Positions 9,099 through 17,213 of a stretch of DNA of 20,813 nucleotides are shown piece by piece. The notes below the pieces were generated by a model. That model ran no database searches. It was given only the letters and a program-made list of their open reading frames with translations, and was not told the origin of the DNA. The first letter of the stretch is position 1. Each line of letters begins with the position of its first letter. Source of the DNA: Oligoflexales bacterium. GTDB lineage: Bacteria > Bdellovibrionota_B > Oligoflexia > Oligoflexales > RGVZ01. Where the stretch lies: contig JBIIGV010000048.1 in NCBI GenBank assembly GCA_044236265.1, forward strand, positions 1 to 20,813, written 5' to 3'. A program made the position numbers and the translations under genes.

Positions 9099-10688
9099 TT
9101 ACATTCTGAAAATTCCGAACTTGGTCTCATCCCAATCGTGGTGAAGAGTCGACGCCAGCGACATGGCAAGAATTTTGCGAGAGTGACGTGGGTCAATGAT
9201 TCCATCATCCCAAAGTCTTGCGGACGAGTAATACGCACTTCCTTCTCGAGCATATTTTTCGAGAATGGGAGCTCTCATCTCTCTGATTTCTGCATCAGAC
9301 ATATTCTGGCCTTTTCTCGCCAACTGTTGCTGTTTTACAGTTACAAGCACGTCGGCAGCCTGTTCGCCACCCATGACCGATATCCGCGCGTTTGGCCACA
9401 TCCAAAGAAAACGTGGGTCATATGCTCGACCACACATACCGTAATTTCCTGCTCCAAAACTTCCACCAATGACCATGGTGATCTTGGGGACGTTTGCATT
9501 CGCTACGGCGTGGACCATCTTGGCGCCGTCTTTAGCAATGCCACCGTGCTCGTATTTTTTTCCGACAATGAACCCTGTGATGTTCTGCAAAAATACGAGC
9601 GGGATTTTTTCCTGGCTGCAGACTTCAATAAAGTGTGCGGCCTTTTGCGCGCTCTCAGAGAACAAAACTCCATTATTTGCAAGGATGCCGACCGGTATCC
9701 CATTTATGTGTGAAAAACCTGTTACGAGAGTTGTGCCGTAGTTCTTCTTGAATTCGAACAGCTCACTGCCGTCGACGATACGTGCTATAACCTCGCGTAC
9801 GTCGAAAAACTTCTTTGAGTCACTTGGTATGAGCCCGAGCATCTCATCTGGATCGTATGCAGGTGGTCTCGGATCTGCAAGCTGAACAGGGGCAATTTGC
9901 CGTCTGCCCATGTGTCTGATAATGTCACGAATGATCGCAAGAGCGTGCTCATCATTGTCTGCAATATGATCAGCCACGCCGCTAATCCCTGTGTGGACAT
10001 CCGCGCCGCCCAGTTCCTCGGCGGTAACATCTTCTCCAGTGGCAGCCTTAACCAACGGAGGACCAGCTAAAAAGATTGTGCCCTGTTTACGGACGATCAC
10101 ACTTTGATCACTCATGGCCGGGATATAGGCTCCCCCAGCGGTACAGAAGCCGTGCACCGAGGAAATCTGTGGAATGCTGGCAGCACTCATGCGTGCTTGA
10201 TTGAAAAAAATACGGCCAAAGTCGTCTTTATCGGGGAATACTTCGTCCTGCATGGGAAGAAATGCGCCGCCCGAATCCACCAGGTAGATGCAGGGGAGTT
10301 TGTTTTGAAGTCCTATTTCTTGGGCGCGAAGATGTTTCTTCACCGTGATGGGATAGTATGTTCCACCTTTTACTGTATGGTCGTTGGCAACGATAACTGT
10401 CGCTTTACCCGAGACCATTCCGATGCCGGTCACTATTCCACCTGATGGCACATTGTCTTCGTACAGGCCATCACCTGCCAGTGAGCTTAGCTCCATGAAC
10501 TCGGTGCCCGGATCAATCAGTTTGCGGACGCGCTCACGAGCAGAAAGTTTAGCTTGGTTTGATGTAGACGGTGGTCTGGCAATGGTGTCACTAATTTTTT
10601 CTTCGTATTCTGTCACAAACTTCAACAGGGACGATTGATTTGCAATGAACTCAGGGGTGTTGGTTTGTATCTGACTTTGAATTTTCAT
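9099..10688 (-). CDS. liuB: 3-methylcrotonyl-CoA carboxylase beta (carboxyltransferase) subunit-like protein
   Basis: MCC-beta-type signature [21 protein letters not shown]...[16 protein letters not shown], plus [16 protein letters not shown] and the C-terminal FGIFRM. Start is 10688 (ATG) or 10697 (GTG). Confidence 0.9.
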   Translation of the reverse strand: MKIQSQIQTNTPEFIANQSSLLKFVTEYEEKISDTIARPPSTSNQAKLSARERVRKLIDPGTEFMELSSLAGDGLYEDNVPSGGIVTGIGMVSGKATVIVANDHTVKGGTYYPITVKKHLRAQEIGLQNKLPCIYLVDSGGAFLPMQDEVFPDKDDFGRIFFNQARMSAASIPQISSVHGFCTAGGAYIPAMSDQSVIVRKQGTIFLAGPPLVKAATGEDVTAEELGGADVHTGISGVADHIADNDEHALAIIRDIIRHMGRRQIAPVQLADPRPPAYDPDEMLGLIPSDSKKFFDVREVIARIVDGSELFEFKKNYGTTLVTGFSHINGIPVGILANNGVLFSESAQKAAHFIEVCSQEKIPLVFLQNITGFIVGKKYEHGGIAKDGAKMVHAVANANVPKITMVIGGSFGAGNYGMCGRAYDPRFLWMWPNARISVMGGEQAADVLVTVKQQQLARKGQNMSDAEIREMRAPILEKYAREGSAYYSSARLWDDGIIDPRHSRKILAMSLASTLHHDWDETKFGIFRM

Positions 10689-10729
10689 GAACTGCACTTT
10701 GCCTTTTTATTCTGATCCAACATTTATTG

Positions 10730-11419
10730 TTAAACAACAACGCAGTCGACAACATCGCCCCAGGTTGAAATACCGAGTTCATCGTTTTCCAAAATTTCCT
10801 GAAGCACTCCGTTTAGTACTTTGACGTCCCCTACAGCCCTGTGTCGCGCTTCGAATTTAAGTTTAAAGTGTTCAGCTAGTGTGTCCAAATTATACCTTGG
10901 GAGACCTTGCAGAACTTTGCGGGCTAGTTTTAACGTACAAAAACATGGCCATTGGATTTCTAGTCCTTGGCGATTACCAGCAGCCTTCAACATTGACATG
11001 TCGAATTCGGCATTATGAGCCACAATAATTGAGCCCCGGACAAACTTTAAGAACTTAGGCAGCACATCGTTGATGTCTGGCTGCCCGATAAGCATATCTT
11101 GTGTGATACCTGTCAAATTAACAATATTTTGGGTGAGCTCGATGTCTGTCCGAACAAAGCTCCAGAACTCGTCTACGACTTTTCCGCCGACGACTTTGAG
11201 TGCTCCGAATTCGATGATGCGATCGAGTTCGCTGTCCAAACCGGTTGTCTCGGTGTCAAATAAAACAAGCGGCGTGTCATGGAGCGATGTCGTTGGTGGC
11301 AATGAAAAATGTACAATTCGCCTCAACGCAAAGTCATCGTTTGAGGATGACGCACTGCCAGTGACGTTAAGGTCAGACGGGAAAAGTGCATCATGAAATA
11401 CCGAATGGCGAAGAAGCAT
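10730..11419 (-). CDS. DEDDh 3'-5' exonuclease (DnaQ/PolC-exonuclease-like)
   Basis: ExoI DTETTG, ExoII HNAEFD and ExoIII HRAVGD motifs. Likely start is ATG 11419, 2 nt after the upstream stop, with a GGAGA SD inside the upstream gene. Confidence 0.9.
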   Translation of the reverse strand: MLLRHSVFHDALFPSDLNVTGSASSSNDDFALRRIVHFSLPPTTSLHDTPLVLFDTETTGLDSELDRIIEFGALKVVGGKVVDEFWSFVRTDIELTQNIVNLTGITQDMLIGQPDINDVLPKFLKFVRGSIIVAHNAEFDMSMLKAAGNRQGLEIQWPCFCTLKLARKVLQGLPRYNLDTLAEHFKLKFEARHRAVGDVKVLNGVLQEILENDELGISTWGDVVDCVVV

Positions 11420-11421
11420 AT

Positions 11422-12786
11422 TTATCTGTCTCCCCGCGTTTTGCGTAACAACATGGATCCAGCAATGGCCACCGCAATACATGTCACGATGAGCAGGGAG
11501 TTCTCTGGGAACGCCACCATTGAATTGGCAAATGCCATCCAAAGAGAGAGAAGGAAAACGGGGATCCAAAGTGCACCTTGAACTAAAATCTGCAGCACTG
11601 CTGAGTTGCTTACGTAAGTAGCCGCAACGGGACCGTTTTCGTAGTACCAATCAATAAAGTTTCGACCAATCTCAAATGTTGAGAGGACGTGATCTCTGAA
11701 CCAGCGCAGTGGCTTCAAGTTTTTGTGTAGTGGTGAGCCATAGGCAGCTGTGGCGATGAAGCATTTAGGGTCAGACAAGGTTGCATCATCCTCGCCATTA
11801 AGTTCCGAGTAAGTTGTGTTAGCTTGGGGGCTGGCAGAAACGCAAGCACTTCGGTTCAGTCCACCTGGTTCATAGTAGGCAAAGACGGCATATGATTTGC
11901 CATTGTCTAATCCAGAAATGGACGCCAGCCCACTATCTGCAGACGCTTGAGCAATATACACACCAGAGGTCGATAGGCTTTGCAGTTCCTCGGTGTTCAG
12001 GTAGGCCTTGCTATCCGAGCAGGTGACACATGCGGTTCCATCACCAAAGCCAGCTGAAAAGCTGCAGGTGCCGTCTGCCGCTTCGCTATCGCTGTCCGCT
12101 GTTTCATTGAAGATATAAGCTGGCAAACTTGTCAGTGTTGCCGATTTGTCGATGGCTATCAGTGTTATGTTTGAGGGCTTTGTAGACGGGGTGGTTCCGG
12201 ACCAAGTGACAGTTGCCGAAGTAGACCAAGCAAGAACGAGCTCCCTGTGGGTCCCTTTTGCAATCACGCTTTCTGGAGCAGAGCTGACTACAGCAGAACT
12301 TATCGAAATGACCTCGTTTTCTTTCTTTGTGACTTCAGTTGTACCTTCTAGGTACTTCACAGTTAACTTGAGAGATTTTCCACCGTTTTCATCCAGAAAG
12401 GTTTTAAAATCCGAGTAGCTGTTTGCTGAGATGAGCAGCGTGTACGTAAAGTCTCTCAGGTTGGCATTTGACGCATGATTGGTGATCTGGAGTTCATTAC
12501 TTTGGGAAACATAAAATGGCATTGCCGCCACTGGTGGATCACCTTGAATTGGCACGGCATCAGACTTGCCATTGATGTAAACTCGTATGCGGTTTCTAAA
12601 TAGGTCTGTCTCTCCAGACTGAGGTCCAAATTTTTCGACAGAGCCAATCTTTACGGTAAGCGTAAACGAGCTAACGCTGGAACCGCGTTGGATCATTCCT
12701 GAGAGTATGGGCTGATCAACAGCTTCAACCTTTGACGTAAAGCCAAGCAAAACTAATAGAAAAGGGACGTATCTCCAGATACCCAC
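11422..12786 (-). CDS. Secreted or membrane-anchored protein with an Fn3-like region and a C-terminal CFI-box-CTERM domain
   Basis: GTG start with GGAGG SD; signal peptide ending VEA; Fn3-like APESVIAKG...LVLAW and SGLDNGKSY; CFIATAAYGS...LRWFRD...GRNFIDWYY followed by two hydrophobic helices and a basic tail. Confidence 0.88.
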   Translation of the reverse strand: MGIWRYVPFLLVLLGFTSKVEAVDQPILSGMIQRGSSVSSFTLTVKIGSVEKFGPQSGETDLFRNRIRVYINGKSDAVPIQGDPPVAAMPFYVSQSNELQITNHASNANLRDFTYTLLISANSYSDFKTFLDENGGKSLKLTVKYLEGTTEVTKKENEVISISSAVVSSAPESVIAKGTHRELVLAWSTSATVTWSGTTPSTKPSNITLIAIDKSATLTSLPAYIFNETADSDSEAADGTCSFSAGFGDGTACVTCSDSKAYLNTEELQSLSTSGVYIAQASADSGLASISGLDNGKSYAVFAYYEPGGLNRSACVSASPQANTTYSELNGEDDATLSDPKCFIATAAYGSPLHKNLKPLRWFRDHVLSTFEIGRNFIDWYYENGPVAATYVSNSAVLQILVQGALWIPVFLLSLWMAFANSMVAFPENSLLIVTCIAVAIAGSMLLRKTRGDR

Positions 12787-12834
12787 AAGTCCTCCCCAGT
12801 AATGGTTTCCGGGGATGGAGTTTAGTCTTGGATA

Positions 12835-13815
12835 TCAGGCCTTGTCGAGGTCAATTGTCAAGCCGTCCCAAGCGGTTATAAGATTTGGCCCGCTAGGCTG
12901 AGATGCAGCTTCCCATTGGCTTTTGAAGGCTCCGAGCTGTGACTTTGCGTAGGTCGCTGCACTTTTGTACATGCGTCGTAATTTCGCAGGATTTGCCCAA
13001 GGATCGTGATGCGTAAAAACCAGGTTTTTAATGGTCTCGCGCAGAGCTAGATCCACTCCGATATTCGGAGAACAATGTCCCCAATCGAAACGGCTTGCTA
13101 ATTCTGCAATTTCGTACTGTGCATCAAAAATAAGCATGTCTAGGTTTTGGTAATAGACCAGATCTTTACCGAGTTCCTCTCGAGACATCCGTTTGAATTC
13201 TCCGTCAACACCAACCGCGCAGGATTTCCCGTCAACATCAAATCTGAAACCAAACGATCCACCCGGATGATCCAAAACAAATGGGGTGACTTTCATCGCG
13301 CCTAGCTGATGAGGCTCATAGAGCTTAAGCTGGACGAACTCGATTTTGCCGCCGAGCTGTTCGAACGTTAGAGGGAAGTTGACACCGTTAAAATTGATTT
13401 TCACTGCTTCTGGGGCATTACGATGAACATGGTAGATTTTGATGGTGTGGCCAGGAACGTGGACCGGAACGAAAAAAGGAAGCCCCATGACGTGGTCCCA
13501 GTGCATGTGAGTGAGAAAAATATGGAAAATTTTGCGGCCGGAGGCCATGTGGTGCGTCCCAGCCTCTCTGAGACCTGATCCCATATCGACAAATGCTAGA
13601 TCGTCTCCGTGACTGACCTCTGTGCACGTGGTGTTTCCACCGTAGCTAATTGGATGAGATAACTGGCCCTTTTCGATGGCTTCTTTAATGGAGGCCGGGC
13701 TTTTGAGTCCCTTCTTTTCTGCTTCTGTGAGCAGATCTCCTAGAATGGACACTAGTTCGGAGTTGGACATCGCTTGAGGTAACGAACCGCGAGTCCCCCA
13801 AAATTTTACCTTCAC
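12835..13815 (-). CDS. MBL-fold metallo-hydrolase (FWGTRGS family; phosphoesterase-like)
   Basis: Motifs VKFWGTRGS, YGGNTTC, DMGSG, THMHWDH (HxHxDH), HPGG, DAQY, WGH and HHDP. GTG at 13815 matches the usual family N-terminus. Confidence 0.9.
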   Translation of the reverse strand: MKVKFWGTRGSLPQAMSNSELVSILGDLLTEAEKKGLKSPASIKEAIEKGQLSHPISYGGNTTCTEVSHGDDLAFVDMGSGLREAGTHHMASGRKIFHIFLTHMHWDHVMGLPFFVPVHVPGHTIKIYHVHRNAPEAVKINFNGVNFPLTFEQLGGKIEFVQLKLYEPHQLGAMKVTPFVLDHPGGSFGFRFDVDGKSCAVGVDGEFKRMSREELGKDLVYYQNLDMLIFDAQYEIAELASRFDWGHCSPNIGVDLALRETIKNLVFTHHDPWANPAKLRRMYKSAATYAKSQLGAFKSQWEAASQPSGPNLITAWDGLTIDLDKA

Positions 13816-13933
13816 AAGACCCCCGATTCTGCTCAATGTGGAATTGCCCACAATTCCGCAGTCCGTTGATTTTCTTTTTAAGATCAGTTACTTTTAGTAT
13901 GATTTATTTTTGCCACAAAGGGAACAGCCGGAC

Positions 13934-14389
13934 ATGACAATGAAAATTACACGCTCTGCAGGCGTCGTTTTTCTCTCCGGCGTGATCGATGAGAATGCTG
14001 ACTTTTCGCCTCTTCTCCAGGAAGAGGCCCCTCTATCTCTCAATTTGTCAGGTGTTGAGCGGGTCAATTCCGTAGGACTCAGGTCCTGGATGCGTTTCAT
14101 GGTTCAATGGGGTGATAAGACACTGAAATATTTGGAGTGTCCCGTTGTGGTGTCGGATCAAATAGCCATCATTCCGGCCCTGAGGGGCATCAAGTCGAGG
14201 TCGGCTCAGGTGATCAGTGCCATGATTCCTTATGAATGCTACGCATGCCAGCATCAGGAGGATCTCCGAGTCACGGATAGTCAGTTTTCACCCCAGCCCG
14301 ACCCCAAAGCTCTAAATCCTGAGTGCCCCAAGTGCAAGGAAGAGATGGAGTTGGTTAACCCCGGGCAGCTAAGCATTTTTGAGCCCTGA
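13934..14389 (+). CDS. STAS-like (anti-anti-sigma fold) protein with a C-terminal zinc ribbon
   Basis: LSGVIDE...LNLSGVERVNSVGLRSW resembles STAS; CYAC...CPKC pairs form a zinc ribbon. Start is 13934 or 13940 (ATG); the ORF is open from 13910. Confidence 0.75.
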   Translation: MTMKITRSAGVVFLSGVIDENADFSPLLQEEAPLSLNLSGVERVNSVGLRSWMRFMVQWGDKTLKYLECPVVVSDQIAIIPALRGIKSRSAQVISAMIPYECYACQHQEDLRVTDSQFSPQPDPKALNPECPKCKEEMELVNPGQLSIFEP

Positions 14390-14424
14390 AACTCGGGCCC
14401 TTGCGTATTTCATATCATTTTTTC

Positions 14425-14454
14425 TTGAAATCTAGGCCAGCTGCATGCTATAGC
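14425..14454 (+). promoter_or_regulatory. Putative sigma70-type promoter for rpsP-rimM-trmD
   Basis: TTGAAA (14425-14430), an 18-nt spacer, and an extended -10 TGcTATAGC (TATAGC at 14449-14454). Confidence 0.4.
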
Positions 14455-14480
14455 ACTGCTTCCTTGACGGATCAGCTTTC

Positions 14481-14558
14481 GGGGCGGTACCCCAAGCACC
14501 TCGGAGATTCTTCGGAGATAGTCCGGAGCTTGATGTAACCCCTCGTATTAGTTTACGA
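14481..14558 (+). promoter_or_regulatory. Structured 5' leader of rpsP (candidate cis-regulatory RNA)
   Basis: Nested pairings GGGG/CCCC, CAAGC/GCTTG and TCGGA/TCCGG, capped by a cUUCGg loop (14510-14515). A TCGTA/TACGA hairpin follows just before the SD GGAGG (14564-14568). Confidence 0.45.
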
Positions 14559-14572
14559 ATTTTGGAGGATTC

Positions 14573-14923
14573 ATGGCAACCACCCTTCGCATGCAGCGCC
14601 ACGGTAACGCTCATCGCCCTTTTTATCACATTGTCGCTGCGAACAGCCGCGCCTCTGCTACCAAGAAGTTTCTTGAGAAGCTTGGCTACTATGACGCAGC
14701 TACTGAGCCATCCACTTTAGTGGTTGATGAGGCTCGTTTACGTTACTGGTACGGTGTTGGTGCGACTGTCAGCAACACGCTGAAGGTTCTGTTGAACAAA
14801 AAAGGCGTGAAGCTTGAGCGTGTTAAAACAACCGCTGCCAAAGCTGGCGGCGCTACAAAAGCTAAGGCCCCGAAAGCGGCCAAAGCAGCACCAAAAGCGG
14901 CAGCTAAGAAGCCTGCTAAGTAA
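14573..14923 (+). CDS. rpsP: 30S ribosomal protein S16 with a Lys/Ala/Pro-rich C-terminal tail
   Basis: LRMQRHG...RPFYHIVAANSR...FLEKLGYYD...WYGVGA; GGAGG SD; followed by rimM and trmD. Confidence 0.97.
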   Translation: MATTLRMQRHGNAHRPFYHIVAANSRASATKKFLEKLGYYDAATEPSTLVVDEARLRYWYGVGATVSNTLKVLLNKKGVKLERVKTTAAKAGGATKAKAPKAAKAAPKAAAKKPAK

Positions 14924-15456
14924 TGTTTCTTAAGTTGGGAACTGTAGGAAGAGCTTTGGGACTCCAAGGCTCTTTTTACGTTTCGGGTCGCGATGAGGCA
15001 TTTCCGGCCAATATAAAGACGATCTTGATCGGCAGGTCAGCAGAAGATGCCAAGCTCGCACAAGTGATATCTGTGAGTTGGCAGCGCGATCGACCTTTAA
15101 TTAAGTGCTCTCTCGCTGGGGATAGAACTGCTGCAGAGGCACTTCGCGGATTATCAATTTGGGTCAAGTCGTCTGAAATAGAGATTGATGACTCTAAAGA
15201 GTTCCTGCTGAAAGACTTGGTAGGTCGCTCTGTTTATGATTGCGAAAATATCGAGATGGGTTCTGTTGCCGATGTGGTGATAATGCCTGCGTCCATTAAT
15301 TTGATTGTCCTCAATCAAGCCAAATCTGCAGACGTTGAGATTCCCGTGATTCCTGCTTATGTGGATATGAATTTTGAGCGAAACGACAATCGACTTAAGT
15401 TGGTTGTTCCGGCGTCGACATTTGAAGAGATCTGGAATGCGCGCAAAAAGAAATAA
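14923..15456 (+). CDS. rimM: 16S rRNA processing protein RimM
   Basis: LGTVGRALGLQG, DRTAAEALRG and EFLLKDLVG; TAATG overlap with rpsP; conserved synteny. Confidence 0.93.
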   Translation: MFLKLGTVGRALGLQGSFYVSGRDEAFPANIKTILIGRSAEDAKLAQVISVSWQRDRPLIKCSLAGDRTAAEALRGLSIWVKSSEIEIDDSKEFLLKDLVGRSVYDCENIEMGSVADVVIMPASINLIVLNQAKSADVEIPVIPAYVDMNFERNDNRLKLVVPASTFEEIWNARKKK

Positions 15457-15459
15457 AGC

Positions 15460-16161
15460 ATGAGACAAATATCCTTCATAACAATTCATCCGAAAATAAT
15501 AGAGGCCTACAAGGTTTTTGGTGTTTTTCGTTCGGCCGAGTCGAAGGCCATTGCAAGCACATTTGCCATTGATTTGCGTGATTATGCAGCAGACAAACAT
15601 GGCTCTGTCGATGACGCTCCCTACGGCGGCGGAGATGGCATGGTTCTGCGACCTGACTGTCTGAATCAAGCCCTTGAGGCTGCGCGTGCAAAAATCGGAG
15701 TTGAAAAATCAATAAAAGTGATTTCAACGTCACCAACTGGAAAGTTGTGGACTCAAGAGGTCGCCAAGCAGCTTTCTAATTCCAATGACTCAGTCGTCTT
15801 TATTTGCGGACGATTTGCAGGGGCCGATCAAAGATTTTTGGATTCCTGTGTTGATGAAGAATACTCGCTTGGTGACGTGATTTACGCCGGTGGGGAATTA
15901 CCAGCCTTACTGATGGCGGAAAGCTTTCTACGTTTGGTTCCCGGTGTTCTTGGGGATGAACAAAGTGCAATCGAAGACTCATTTGGAATAGGATTACAGG
16001 GCTTGCTTGAGTATCCAAGTTACACCCGGCCAGCCGAATGGCAGGGGCAAAAAGTTCCGGATATTTTGCTGTCAGGTGATCACAAAGCTATTCGGGAGTG
16101 GAGACTCGCTCAATCGACAATTAAAACTCGCGAGCGACGTCCAGATTTATTGAAAAAATAA
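15460..16161 (+). CDS. trmD: tRNA (guanine37-N1)-methyltransferase TrmD
   Basis: Motifs VDDAPYGGGDGMVL, SLGD...GGELPA, RLVPGVLG, EDSF, LLEYPSYTRP, LLSGDH and RRPDLL. Confidence 0.97.
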   Translation: MRQISFITIHPKIIEAYKVFGVFRSAESKAIASTFAIDLRDYAADKHGSVDDAPYGGGDGMVLRPDCLNQALEAARAKIGVEKSIKVISTSPTGKLWTQEVAKQLSNSNDSVVFICGRFAGADQRFLDSCVDEEYSLGDVIYAGGELPALLMAESFLRLVPGVLGDEQSAIEDSFGIGLQGLLEYPSYTRPAEWQGQKVPDILLSGDHKAIREWRLAQSTIKTRERRPDLLKK

Positions 16162-16167
16162 TTCAGA

Positions 16168-16734
16168 CTAAAACATATCCTCAGGATTTGAGTCGCCTAT
16201 ATAGTCAATATTTGGATCGTATGAAAAGGCTGTCTTCAAACGATTATAGACATTAAATACGATGGGGCAGGTTCCGTAATTTTCGATTGTGCCCACCGAA
16301 CCTGCAAGAAAGTCGGGTTTATCCAAATGAGGATATTCTTGGCAATCACGAGGACGAAACTGGTAGACCGTACACTTATTGTCTTTCAGCATGGGGCAAG
16401 GTTTTTTTAAAAACGAGACACAGTTGTGATCTTCGGGCTTTGTCTGGGCTAAAATTTTTTCCGATGTTTCTTTAAGACCTTCTGCCATTTGAGCAATGTC
16501 GTTAGCATCCATGAATGGCTGAATTTCACGGCAGCAATGTCCGCATTTGGTGCAATCAATTTTTGATGAGATTTCTTTATTTAAAGTATGAACGGTTTGG
16601 TCTACCAACTCCGACGGGACATTCTGAAACAAGTATGAGCGAAAATTCCAATTGTCAGCCCAGGTGGGTTCCGCAGACGCAGCGATAACTTCAAGTCGAA
16701 TCTCTATAGTTTGCTCGTTATTCGAAGCAGCCAT
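16168..16734 (-). CDS. YkgJ family cysteine cluster protein (CxxCxxCC, putative Fe-S or Zn binding)
   Basis: CTKCGHCC and CPMLKDNKCTVYQFRPRDCQEYP. ATG at 16734 avoids overlap with the upstream gene. Confidence 0.88.
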   Translation of the reverse strand: MAASNNEQTIEIRLEVIAASAEPTWADNWNFRSYLFQNVPSELVDQTVHTLNKEISSKIDCTKCGHCCREIQPFMDANDIAQMAEGLKETSEKILAQTKPEDHNCVSFLKKPCPMLKDNKCTVYQFRPRDCQEYPHLDKPDFLAGSVGTIENYGTCPIVFNVYNRLKTAFSYDPNIDYIGDSNPEDMF

Positions 16735-16750
16735 GGCATCACCCTTCGCG

Positions 16751-17110
16751 TCAGAACTGACCTGATTGCAGCAAAACAAGTGTACATGCATCTTCAGTCT
16801 CGATCCCTACAGCGCGAAGACCTCTAGCAAGTCTTGGATTTTCTGCCCCCGGGTTGAAGATGACCCGACGCGGATGGAGCGTCTTTAATGCTGTTTCAAG
16901 AGAGTCACTTGTAGAGGGATTTAAATAAACGGTTACGGTATCAATAGAATCCTTCACCATTTGCAGGTCAGATATGACCGGACGTGTGCCAATAGATTTC
17001 AGAGTCGGGTGAACCAAAACGACCTCATGACCATGGCTTTCAAGCATCAGCATTGCCTTATGAGAGTAGCGATCGGGCTTATCGGAGGCTCCAAGCACGA
17101 GTGTTTTCAT
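16751..17110 (-). CDS. CoA-binding protein (YccU-like)
   Basis: VLGASDKPDRYS, IDTVTVYL, RVIFNPGAEN and ACTLVLL; GAGG SD. Confidence 0.92.
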   Translation of the reverse strand: MKTLVLGASDKPDRYSHKAMLMLESHGHEVVLVHPTLKSIGTRPVISDLQMVKDSIDTVTVYLNPSTSDSLETALKTLHPRRVIFNPGAENPRLARGLRAVGIETEDACTLVLLQSGQF

Positions 17111-17213
17111 GGTTCCTCAATGTCTAGTAAGTGGCTATAGTGTACATAGTTTAACTATACCAAAAAGACTCAAGATCGACCATTCAAACAACCATTAATA
17201 ATGTGGAGACTTC

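Noticed and set aside
11420..11650. N-terminal extension of the exonuclease ORF as listed in the ORF track
   Set aside because: It overlaps the CFI-box gene in another frame; ATG 11419 with an SD is the better start.
14450..14480. Minus-strand TCCGTCAAGGAAGCAG resembles the SRP (4.5S) RNA core
   Set aside because: It lacks the CAGG strand of the symmetric loop and the GNRA tetraloop, has no long closing helix, and overlaps the likely rpsP promoter.
16735..16791. N-terminal extension of the YkgJ ORF
   Set aside because: It overlaps the CoA-binding gene; ATG 16734 is more plausible.
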